This document shows, one piece after another, positions 26,710-38,900 of a stretch of DNA of 64,000 bases. Origin of the DNA: Styela clava. Its lineage: Eukaryota. A program made the translations under genes and the position numbers. Location: contig NC_135253.1 in NCBI RefSeq assembly GCF_964204865.1, positions 13,144,001 to 13,208,000 of the forward strand, read 5' to 3'. Below the pieces are notes generated by a model, which made no database searches, was not told the origin of the DNA, and saw only the letters and a list, made by a program, of their open reading frames with translations. How positions within the stretch are numbered: the stretch's first letter is position 1; each line of letters begins with the position of its first letter.

Positions 26710-27373
26710 GATTGCACTTCGTCTAACCACCCAAACAGATATCCAAGCATCGTTGTAAGCTATGCTTTGTTTTCGTTGTTTTGCGCGTTACTTGTCAATT
26801 TGAATTGTGTTTTCAAAAACTAGTTCTAAATTAAATGATTCAATATTCATTATGTGTTCCGAGGGGCTTTAGTTTAGTTAAAAATTAGTCCAGCAAACGC
26901 TGCGATAAACAAGCTCAACCTGTAAGCGGCACGTGGTCAAATAGTTGTAATGAAAATGATGTTTTTGAACATATATATAAATCAGATTGTAAGCGCCAAC
27001 TCTCCACAACACTCTCAAAATAAGCATATTTTGCCATTATTTTAAAAACTCTTATATTACAGGTTTATTTTAATTTTTTGTCAAAATCACAAACTTATCA
27101 ATAAATATCAATTTGGTTTATAAAGCAACCATAAATAAATTAACAAATCATGCATTGATCGATTCGGTTGAAAACACCTTTTTTATAGAAGGCTCTAACG
27201 CTGTTAACCGTGATATATTCTTTTTATACAACATCCTTATAGTATCTGTGAATGTGCCAACAATTTTTTAAAGACTACCGAACATCAAAACAAGTGAACG
27301 ATGCTCAAATATATGGACACGAAAGCCAAAACGAAGTAGAACGGGCATGAAATCTGACATAGTGGACTACAGG

Positions 27374-28276
27374 CAGTAGCGTAACTACCCATTGGATCTT
27401 GTAAATCCAGGGGCGGTACGTTGCTGCAGGGCAGCAAAATGTGGCAAAACATTATAAACGAAGCGGAAAAATGTTTTAAATGAACCAAGGCAGTCACATT
27501 AAACGACCTAATTCACCAATGAAGCCAAAAAATTACACAAGATATACGTCTGAACCAGGTGTTTTATGGCTCGTGGCCCCCTTCCAGCGCCTATTTGCAC
27601 TCGCGGTCTTCGTGTTCGCCATTCCAAAAAACGAAACGTGTTGGATTGTATTATGTGTTCACGACGTATTATGGAATGCAAAAGCAATCCACAGACAAGA
27701 AAGTAAACGCTCTCCAGTATACAATCAAAGGGAATCTTGCGCTTAGGACCGTCTGACGAGGTTTATCGTATTAGGCGCAGTTTTTTTTTATAGCTAGACG
27801 AATGTAAACATCAAGACGGTTTATAAATTTTGTTTTTGTGGTAAGAAAAACTGGCTTTTGCTCTGACAGAAACCCGAACTTAGTCAATGTGCGTTCCTGT
27901 CAAATCTAACTCGCTTGGCAGCAAAGAAACCGATGCCAACGTCTTTCACCGGGGGGGAGCTGCGAATTACGAGGTCAAGGCCTAAGTTGGAAAAGTTTTA
28001 CTACTTGAGATCGACTATGGGAGAAAGCAGGCTGCCTGTGCCAGCAATACTGCCCATTTAAAGTGATTTAGTCGAGACATTATCTTCTGACGATATAATT
28101 TCTGAATTTGCTTCAATGAAAACTAGACATTGAATTAGAAATTTTCGATAAAATTTACTATTCACTGCTTTAATTCTTCTATTGTGTGGAATTTTATTGA
28201 GCTTTTACGACGGTGTTGAGGGGGCGGTATTCCGGGCAAAGATCCAGGGGCGCCACATTGCGTTGTTACGCCACTG
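27374..28276 (+). mobile_element. Non-autonomous hAT (Tip100/ZMYM1-like) element nested in a HINE-like repeat
   Basis: TIRs CAGTAGCGTAAC / GTTACGCCACTG; perfect 8-bp TSD ACTACAGG; empty site at ~35360. Confidence 0.9.
28002..28133 (+). pseudogene. hAT transposase C-terminal dimerisation-domain remnant
   Basis: YLRSTMGESRLPVPAILPI*SDLVETLSSDDIISEFASMKTRH* fits the LRSTM..RL..LAIL.I.....DDII.EFA pattern of hAT transposase C-termini. Confidence 0.78.
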
Positions 28277-28899
28277 ACTACAGGTAAGGCAGTCTTCACG
28301 AATATCGTGAAAATGGAACCGCCACAAGGCGCGCAATTTTTGATGATATCATCGCACACAAAAATGAAACTCATACTCATACGCACACAAAATTTTGACA
28401 TAAATAAAATTAATTACTTTCTAGAGAAATACACAATCTCTAACCAAAGAAAGTTGATCCAGTAATCAATGAAAAAAAAAGAGATTTTTATTCGGTGACA
28501 AACAAGAATTAGAAAAAGAATTCGAACAGCAAAATAATAATAAAACGATCCATATGTACATTTCGTGTCCAATAATTTCATGTTCAGTCGCTTGAAATGC
28601 ATGGTCCTGCAACAGAAAGAACCAATTTTGATAACAGCACTTATGGCTAATTGGTATAAGCAATGATCTCATAGCTAAGAATTTTGATTAACCTACTCGC
28701 AATTGAATAAATCCCAAGTTTTTCGAATTCTAACATGTTAGTTACTATCATTATTTGTGTTGCAACATACAAGCATTTGTCCCAGCTGTGATTATACGCG
28801 ACCTACATTACTGCTAAGTCAGATATTTGGTTAATAATTTACAAGCACTAACGGAACTTGGTAGGCTGTGTTAATGAAATGAGTCAAGAGTAGGAAGTC

Positions 28900-31800
28900 A
28901 TGAAGCAATTCAGCGGAAAAGTTATCATAATAACAGGTAAAGTAAACTAGATTATAGGCCTACCAGTATAACAATGAGAACTTTAAATGATTTATACTTG
29001 AAATAATATTATCAAATAAAACAAGAGAGCTACGCCCAAATATATGGACACGTCTGTTCGCAGTACAGTACGTTGTACCGTACCGTCAGATCACAGTCTA
29101 CAAATATATTCACACCAAGCGAAGCAGTACAGTAGGACACAAAATGGCGTCCCATGACAGCAGAACGTTTAATGACGTCATAGCAAACAAAAACAAATCT
29201 CACAGAGCTAATAGAAATATTTAAAATGAATAAAAGTAATAGCCGTCTGCGGAAAAATTTTATCTTCAACCACTGGAAATTTCAAAGCAATTGGTCCAGT
29301 ATTCGAAGAGAAAAGCGGTTTTTTAATATTTCCATTTGGTGTGTTATTCTGTGTCAAATAACAACAAGAACAAGAACAACATAATATTGAAACGATCGTT
29401 ATGTCCACTACGTGTCCAATAAAAATAATAATCTGTAGAATAATATCGTCATTGGGTGATAGCTTAGCGACTTTGATATCCAGAAAGTTTATCGTGGGAA
29501 ATTCAGACAAACAGCTATAACAAAATACCACACCGGTATATTTCACAGAATACACCTTAAATAGTGTTTAAAAAACTAACTGTCTGTAAATTGCGCATTT
29601 CATTACCGCGATGGGGAATGAGACTATTGATTATAACGTTAGAAGGATTTAAACACAGCGGCGGCCATTCTATACTACAAACTTAGGTTCCCAAGACATT
29701 GTCACCAATTCGTATTTATGACCTGATAAATAGCAATTAAAAATTTGAAAACTGGGTGCCTCGCGCTTTCAAAAATTGTCGTATTCAGTTTTATGTAAGT
29801 CAATATCTTCATCAAATATTTGCGAAAAGCAGGATGTGATTGTTCCATCTTTAAACCCTTTACAGTCTACAATTACGTGGAATCATAGTTGTTTTCCCAT
29901 ACCTTTGAATTGATGATAAACTTGGATCTTCTACTTTTAAACGGCATTCGCTGGCTTCTTTCATGGGAAATACATTTCAAAAATTATTCCAGGTGCTTCT
30001 AGCGGAATTGGTGCTGCTACTGCAATAGCGTTCTCGAAAGAAGGAGCCAAGTTGACAATTTGTGGAAGAAACAAAGAAAGGTTATCAGAAACAGCAGAAG
30101 AATGCATAGAAAATGGCGCTGACGTTAGTTATTAAAAAACATAATTCCGGTTACGCCGTATCCGGTCGATAAATTCGTAAAATAAGGAGATTTTTTTTCA
30201 TCAATTGCTTCCGTTCTCAAAATTAAGAGCCACGCATAAAAAGAAATTTGTTGAAGTTCAATGGAGTCCGCGATGTATATATATTTTTTTTATTTGTAAC
30301 TCTTTACATATAAAGGGTTCTTGTCGATGTGTCAGTATGAAAACGTAAAGTAATGTGCAAGATATTACAGGTTTTGGAAATAGACGGAGATTTAACGGAG
30401 TTTGAACATTTGGAACCAATTGTCAACAAGACTGTTGAGAAATTTTCGGCTATTGACATTTTAGTGAACAATGCAGGATGTAGTGTGTATAGATCTATTG
30501 GCGATGTAAGTTATTTTCACTAAAACTTCACTTTTTTACTGAAACATGCCATATATTGAATGAACGAAAAGGCTCAAGCACCAGAAAAATTTAGTTCTGC
30601 TTTGGTATTCTATCTCATCATTTGTACCAATTTAAAACCAGAACATGTTGTTAAATTTTATTCACCACAAATTCAATTAGAATCTTATTTTAAACAGGAC
30701 TTAGTCCTCGTCTAATTTTGTTCACTGATAATTACGACCTAATTACTTATTGCATTTAATCGATATGTTTTTATTTTATGTGGCGTCGCATAACAAATTA
30801 TCAGTACCAGACGAGGACAAAGACCCATTGCTACACTGAGTGTACTTTTGGATCCTTATACCTACCAATTTAATATTTTTACTACAAGAATTTTATTCCT
30901 ACATACCCACATAATTAATTTTTGCAATTTCTCAACTCCCAGGGGTGGCCAAACTGGATAGACATAACTGATATACACAGTATTATGAACCAAGCCTATT
31001 TTAGAACACTCAATAATAGCTACCGCATCGCACCTCCTAAAAAGGATGCCTTGTATTGTTACCCAAAACAATATTCATGCATATTTTCGATCATTTTCAG
31101 ACAAAGGTTGAAGATTTTGACAAGTTATTTCAGATACTACTTCGGGCTCCTGTATTTTTGAGCAAATATGCTTTGCCTCATTTGAAGAAAACAAAAGGTT
31201 ATTTATTTTTTAATTTGACTTTTTTCAAAGAAAAATATAGGGTATAAATTTACAAAAGCTCAAAGATAAAAAAAAAAGGGCAAAATTTTATCTTTAATGC
31301 AACCCAAGACTTCACTACATCTTAGGCTTGTCCATTCCATCATACAAATGTTTAGTCATGGAAACTTAGCGTCACAACTGTCACTTGAAACAAAAAATGT
31401 CTCAAATGTTTTTAACCATGCCGAGTCAAAAGCGAGCATGTCAAATAGTAACAATTATCTGTTTTTTTTCTGATACCATTTCAGGATGCATTGTAAACGT
31501 GTCGAGTGTAGCAGCAATGATGAGTTCACCAAACGGTGTTCCTTATAAAATGTTTAAAGGCGCTCTGGATCACTTTACAAAAGGTTTTGCTTCAGGTCGG
31601 ATACGTATGCTAATGATTAAATACCCTACGTCTAATAAAATATTCATCGAGTAAAATAGCATTTTGTGCAAAATGACGGGTTTCAGTATAGTTGATAAAA
31701 GATGTAAATTTTCCAAAGTTCTGAATTCTGAGCTAAATGGGGTCTGGGTATTTTTCAAGAACATTATTGAAGTATTAACACATAAACATTTTAAATAAAT

Positions 31801-33049
31801 GAGAAGAAAGATCCTGCCTTGAGGTGAGGAGCTGAACGTTACGCGTTAAGTGGACGAAGAATATTTTATGCACAGAAACGAATCAGTGGGTTCTCCCACT
31901 TCGATCCAGAACAAAAGCAAACGTAGCGTTACGTTACTTCTATTTGTTAAAGATTTTATATTTTGGGAACTTGCTGACGAATTGTAGGCTACTGAAGGAA
32001 GTTATATCTCATTAAATCTAAACGGTTAGTAGTGACTGGGTCTGATGAAAAGTGCAGTGGAGCAGTAACTGTTGTATTAATGGAAGTTGCAACGAACGCG
32101 AGTTAGTAATTTGAATTGCAGTTTTCTCTGCATTATTAAATTTTACTATCAGTCTCCGGGGATGGCGAAAAATTGGCCTTGCCATGTGGTTAGTAATGAA
32201 AGGGGTTTAAAGAACACTTTAGCACTTGCGAAAACGATAGACAAGTAGTCTATGACTCTATGATACCAAAATAACCGCGACTATAAGTAAGAAGTCGTGG
32301 ACTATGTAAATAAGCACAAAGCGCTATGCCCAATATATATATATATGTGTCAACTAATTATCACATTTGAAAAATCGTCTTTGCGTGTTTATTTTTGTTT
32401 TACAGAGTGCAGTCTGTTCGGTGTTCGTGTAAACAGCATAAAGTGAGCATAAAAAAATTCTTATTGGAGCTGAACTATTGCGTGATATGTATATTGGCTA
32501 AGAGGAGAGCTAGGAGATCAAAACTCGTTTCAAATATTTTAATTCAAGACACAACTAGTAGTGATATGCTTTTGAATTTTATTCTCATTGTGTTACTACT
32601 ATTTTCCAAGTGTACCATTTTAAAATAAAAATCAACTATTAAACCTTCCATGTATTAATCGTTCATTTCAATTTACTAGCGTCATAGATGTACCGAACGT
32701 AATTTTTTTCAATTAGAGAATTAAATTAAGAACTGATTTAATTTTACAGTCCAGCTCTTGTCCATACAAGAATATTAGACACATTCGGACTAGCCAAGGA
32801 CGTACTAGAAAAGGCAAGTGAATTTATTATTGCACCAATAAACTCAATAAGAACGAAAACTGACTGACGAAAAAATATTAATAATATTTAATTTAATATT
32901 ATTTTGTTTAGCTTATCGAGAAATCTGAAGCCCTGCATCATTTTGGGGTAATGCAACCAGGAACAATAGCAGACGGAATCAAATTTTTGTGCTCATCTCC
33001 TCACATTACTGGAATTACACTACCAGTTACTTCGGGTCTTTCAGTATAA
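28900..33049 (+). CDS. Classical SDR oxidoreductase, paralog 5; 8 exons, 249 aa
   Basis: Exons 28900-28936, 29993-30123, 30371-30505, 31101-31197, 31485-31595, 32406-32442, 32750-32813, 32912-33049. TGASSGIG/NNAG/YKMFK; ends PVTSGLSV*; GC donor at 32814; AATAAA at 33056. Confidence 0.92.
29020..29420 (+). mobile_element. DINE-1/HINE-like repeat (SDR5 intron 1)
   Basis: AACAAGAGAGCTACGCCCAAATATATGGACACG ... CGTGTCCAAT; empty A-rich site without TSD in SDR6 intron 1 (~36110). Confidence 0.72.
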
Positions 33050-33440
33050 ATGTGTAATAAAAGTTTCTTTCTGTGGTTGGAAAAATATAAAGCTTATTGG
33101 CATGTTTGCTCGATTGCAAACCAATGGGTAATGAAGACACAAAAAACTAGATAATGTACTTGCGGGAACGATCGATAATGTAAATCAAGAAATGAGGACT
33201 TGGGCTACTGACAAACATTCTAGGCAACCAATCCATGTTTATAGTTACATATAAGCTGGCTGCGCTGTAGGATTTTGAAATGTAACTAATGTCTGAAAAA
33301 TATAAAAATGAAATAAAGTCAAGTTGAGCGCCTCATTTCACCAAGGTAGATAAATAATGTGACAAATACAATAAGACAAGTACCCGTAACAGACAGCATA
33401 TAATCATATACTTATTGTTAAAATTGTCAAAGGTTTACGG

Positions 33441-33914
33441 CAGGGGTCGGCAACCTTTTGTCGCTCACGGGCCAAAATTAAGGGTTGCAACTTGCAAGTC
33501 ATTGGCGGGCAGCACATATTTTTAGAAAGTTGAAAACAGAACAAATGAAACTTTTTATAATAAAAATCAAGCAGTGATACATCTCTCCAATAGAATATAG
33601 ATTTATTTCGTCATTGCATTTCAAAAAATTTCATTTGAATATTTTCGGCGCCAATGAACACTTTGCACTTAGCATCAAAAATGTCTGCGTTTTGTTGCCA
33701 TTTGTCTAGCTATAATTATAGGCTCATTAAACGAGTAATTGTGATTATATACATGTTAGGTTATAATATAATTTAGTCTACACGTGTCTCACAATAAATT
33801 CTGTTACGTAAAGAATGTAATCGTCGAAACAGCTGTTTTGTTACTATAATTCAGTGAAGCGTCGCGGCCGGATTATATTACTCGGGCCCGCGGGCCGTAG
33901 GTTGCCGACCCCTG
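33441..33914. mobile_element. Non-autonomous hAT-type MITE
   Basis: Perfect 16-bp TIRs CAGGGGTCGGCAACCT / AGGTTGCCGACCCCTG; TSD GTTTACGG / GGTTACGG; empty site at ~40266-40273. Confidence 0.9.
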
Positions 33915-35283
33915 GGTTACGGCATACAGTCAATCTGCAATTTCGCGTATAACTTAAATTCGGCAACCACATAAACTTGCTGCAAAATATACACCAAAAT
34001 AATAAAAGGTCCGAACAACGGAACAGGCGGTATGTGTAGGAAATGAATGCCCGAATTCGATTTAAGCCGGAAAACGTTATTTGTAATCGATCTTATTGAC
34101 GCGGACTACTTTTTTCAAGTGCAGCAAATCAAGTGCAAATCAGTTTAACCGAGAGGATGTCATTGAATTGGTAATATTTTTATCCTTTTTTTTATCAAAC
34201 GTTTTTTTGAAAATACAGTACTTCTACAATGAGATTGATTGGTTATGCGAAGAATTAAGTGGGTTGGTGGTATACAGACAACATGTTCAGAAATATTTGT
34301 TTCAAAACAAGCCTTGTTACCTTGTTACCGGTTTTCATTTTTCTCCATTTAGATAGGTGTTTGAAAGTTTACCATTCTGAAATAAACACAGAAACATGTA
34401 ACAAAAATACAAATCGTGCGCAATAGGTAAATCATCAATGACACAAAACAGAATCAAAATGAAGCGATAACATATTTCTCAAACAATAATATGAAACAAA
34501 ATTATTAACACACACATGTGCATTTTAGTTTTTTTGAAAGTGTTCTGGGGAGTTGGCGCTTACAATCTGGTATATATATATATATGTTCAGAAACATCAT
34601 TTTCATTAAAACTATTTGACCACGTGCCGCTTACAGTTCGAGCTTGTTTGTCACAGCGTTTGCTGGATTAATTTTTTAACTGCAACTAAACTAGAGCTCC
34701 TCGGAAGACATAATGAATATTGAGTTATTTGATTTAGAACTAGTTTTTGAAAACACAATTGAAATTGACAAGTAATGCGCAAAACAACGAAAACAAAGCA
34801 ATGCTTACAATGATGCTTGGATATCTGTTTGAGGGGTTGGACGAAGTGTAATTGTTTCGTCATTGTTAACTCATTGCTGATTGGTCATTGTCACGCCATC
34901 AAACAAAGAAATCGATTCTCGTTTTAATGAAAATGATGTTTTTGAACATATATATAAACCAGATTGTAAGCGCCAACTGTCCAGAACACTCTCAAAATTA
35001 TTTTAAAAACTCTTATATATATTACAGGTTTATTTTTATTTTTTGTCAAAAGCACAAACTTATCAATAAATATCAATTTGGTTTATAAAACAACCATGAA
35101 TAAATTACCAAATCATGCATTGATCGATTTGGTTGAAAACACCTTTGAACAATAGAAAACATATATGTATATTGTGTTTATAGAAGGCTCTGACGCTGTT
35201 AACTGTGATATATTCTTTTTATACAACATCCTTATAGTATCTGTGAATGTGCGAACAATCTTTTAAAAACTATCTAACATCAA

Positions 35284-35667
35284 AACAAGTGACCGATGCT
35301 CAAATATATGGACACGAAAGCCAAAACGAAGTAGAACGGGCATGAAATCTGTCGTAGTAGACAACAGGTAAGGCAGTCTTCACTCTTCACGAATCACGAA
35401 TAACGTGAAAGCGGAACCGCCACAAGGTGCGCAATTTTTGATGATGTCATCGCACACAAAAATGAAACCCATAGAGCACACAAAATTTTGACATATATAA
35501 ATAAAATTAATTAATTTCTAGAGAAATACACAATCTTTAACCACAGAAAGTTGGTCCAGTAATTAATAAAAAATGAGATTTTTATTCGGTGACAAACAAG
35601 AATTAGCAAAAGAATTCGAACAGCAAAATGATGATAAAACGATCCATATGTACATTTCGTGTCCAAT
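35284..35667 (+). mobile_element. DINE-1/HINE-like repeat
   Basis: Duplicate of 27289-28573 lacking the nested hAT element. Confidence 0.68.
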
Positions 35668-35993
35668 AATTTCATGTTCAGTCGCTTGAAATGCATGGTT
35701 ATGCAACAGAAAGAACCAATTTTGATAACAGCACTTATGGCGAATTGTTATAAGCAATGATCCCATAGCTAAGAATTCTGATTAACCTACTCGCAGTTGA
35801 ATAAATCCTAAGTTTTTCGAATTCGAACATGTTAGTTGCTATCATTATTTGTGTTGCAACATACAAGCATTTGTCCCAGCTGTGATTATACGCGACCGAC
35901 ATTACTGCCAAGTCAGACATTTGGTTAATAAGTTACAAGCACTAACTAAACTTGGTAGGCTTTGTGATTGAAATGAGTCAAGAGTAGGAAGTC

Positions 35994-38900
35994 ATGAAGC
36001 AATTCAGCGGAAAAGTTATCATAATAACAGGTAAAGTAAAATAGGTTATAGGCCTACCAGTTTATAGATGAGAACTCTAAATGATTTATACTTGAAATAA
36101 TATTAATAAATAAAATAATAATCTGTAGGATAATATCGTCATTGGTTGATAGCTTAACGACTTTAATATCCAGAAAGTTTATTGCGGGAAAATCAGTCAA
36201 ACAGCTATAACAAAATACCACACCGGTATATTTCACAAAATACACCCTAAATAGTGTTTAAAAAACTAGCTGTCTGTGAATTGCGCATTTCATTACCGCG
36301 ATGAAGTGAGACTATTGATTATAACGTTAGAGGATTTAACTAAGGTTCCCAAGACATTGTCACCAATTTGTATTTATGACCCGATGAATAGCAATTAAAA
36401 ATTTGAAAACTGCGACGACCAGACTCAAACATAATGATAATATCAAGTTTGTTCCATGTATTTTTTAAAACATTTGCTACGAATCTTTTAAGTCCAAGCT
36501 CTTAGATTAGTTTGTGGTTTCCAATTGCTTAAAAATGCGTACGATTTATCATATGGGTGCCTCGCGCTTTTAAAAATGGTCGTATTCAGTTTTATGTAAG
36601 TCAATATCTTCATCAAATATTTGCGATAACAGGATGTGACTGTTCCACCTTTAAACCCTTTGCAGTCTACAATTACGTGGACTCATAGTTGTTTTCCCAT
36701 ACCTTTGAATTGATGATAAACTTGTACCTTCTTACTTTTAAACGGTATTCGCTGGCTTCTTTTATGGGCAATACATTTTAAGAATTATTCCAGGTGCTTC
36801 TAGCGGAATTGGTGCTGCTACTGCAATAGCGTTCTCGAAAGAAGGAGCCAAGTTGACAATTTGTGGAAGAAACAAAGAAAGGTTATCAGAAACAGCAAAA
36901 GAATGCATAGAAAATGGCGCTGACGTTAGTTATTAAAAAACAAAATTCCGGTTACGCCGTATCCGGTCGTTAAATTCGTAAAATAGGAATATTTTTTCAT
37001 CAATTGCTTTCTTGCTTTTGTTCTGAAAAATGGAGAGCCACGCATAGAGAGAAATTTGTTGAAGTTCAATGGATTCCGCGATATATATATTTTTTTCAAT
37101 TGTAACTCTTTACATATGAAGGGTTCTTGTCGATGTGTCAGTATGAAAACGTAAATTAATGTGCAATATATTACAGGTTTTGGAAATAGACGGAGATTTA
37201 ACGGAGTTTGAACATTTGGAACCAATTGTCAACAAGACTGTTGAGAAATTTTCGGCTATTGACATTTTAGTTAACAATGCAGGATGTGGTGTGTATGAGT
37301 CTATTGGCGATGTAAGTTATTTTCACTGAAACATGCCATGAAATGAAAAAATGAATAGGTTAAACACCAGAGATTTAGTGTTGCTTTGGTATTCAATCTC
37401 ATCATATGTACCAATTTAAAACCAGAACATGTTGTTAAATTTTATTCACCAAATCCAATTATGATCTTTTTTTTAACAAGACTTTGTCCTAGGCTAATCT
37501 TAATCAGTGATAATTACGACTTAATTACTTATTGCATTTAAGCGATATGTTCTTATTTTATATGGCGTCGCATAACAAATTATCAGTACCAGGCGAGGAC
37601 ATTGCTACACTGAGTACACTTTTGGATTCTTATATATACTTACCAATTTTATATTTTTACTACAAGCACTGCATTCCTACATACCCACTTGAATATTTCT
37701 TGCAATCTTTCAACTCCCAGGAGTGGCCAAACTAGATGGATATATCTGATATATACAGTATTACGAATCAAGCCTATTTAGAACACTCAATATTTGTTAC
37801 CGTCCCGCACCTCAAAAAAGGATGCCTTGTATTGTTACCCAAAAACAATATTCATACATATTTCCGATTATTTTCAGACAAAGATTGAAGATTTCGACAT
37901 GTTATTTCAGATACTACTTCGGGCTCCTGTATTCTTGAGCAAATATGCCTTGCCTCATTTGAAGAAAACAAAAGGTTATTCTTTTTTTCATTTATTTTTT
38001 TCAAAGAAAAATATAGCATATAGATTCACAAAAGTCCAGAGATAAAAAAGGGCGACATTTTATCTTTATGCAACCCCAGACTTTACTACATCTTAGGCTG
38101 GTCCATTCCATCATACAAATGTTTAGTCCTAGAAACGTACCGTTACAACAATCACTTGAAACAAAAAATGTCTCAACAATTTTTATCCACGCTGAGTTAA
38201 AAGCGAGCATGTCAAATAGTATCTATTATTTTCTGATACCATTTCAGGATGCATTGTAAACGTGTCCAGTGTAGCAACAATGATTAGTTCACCAAACTGT
38301 GTTCCTTATAAAATGTTTAAAGGCGCTCTGGATCACTTTACAAAAGGCTTTTCTTCAGGTTGGTTACGCATGCTAGTTAGAATAGAATAGTTACCCATCG
38401 AGTAAAATAGCACTTTGTGCAAAATTACGGGTTTCAGTATTGTTGAAAAAAGTTTAAAATTTTCCAAAACTCTGAATTCTGAGCTAAATGGGGTCTGGGT
38501 ATTTTTCAAGAACATTATTGAAATATTGACAAATAAACATTTCCAATAGATGAGAAAAAAGATCCTGACTTGAGGTGACGAAGCTGAACGTTAGGTGTTG
38601 AATGGACTTAGAAAATTTTATTCACAGAAACGAACCAGTGGGCACTCCGATCCAGAACAAAAGCAAACGTAGCGTTACTTACTTGTTAAAGATTCTATAT
38701 TTTGGGAACATGCTGTAGGCGACTGAGGGAAGTTATATCTCATTAAATCTAAACAGTTAGTAGTGACTGGGTCTGACGAAAAGTGCAGTGGAGCAGTAAT
38801 TGTTGTATTAATGGAAGTTGAAACGTACGCGAGATAGTAATTTGAATTGCAGTTTTTAACGGATTCTCTGTATTATTAAATTTTACTTTTAGTTTCTGGG

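Larger units (their letters stand above)
25111..27020. repeat. Long inverted repeat (~205-bp arms: 25111-26063 minus the hAT insert, and 26818-27020)
   Basis: GGAGTTGGCGCTTACAATCTG...CATCATTTTCATTACAACTATTTGACCACGTG...TTTAGAACTAGTT is the reverse complement of 26818-27020. Confidence 0.88.
27289..28573 (+). mobile_element. DINE-1/HINE-like repeat interrupted by a hAT element
   Basis: AACAAG...GCTCAAATATATGGACACG start and TTTCGTGTCCAAT end; uninterrupted duplicate at 35284-35667. Confidence 0.68.

Noticed and set aside
28162-29555. Minus-strand ORFs repeated at 35511-36245
   Set aside because: Similarity reflects the segmental duplication and HINE-like repeats; there is no independent coding signal.
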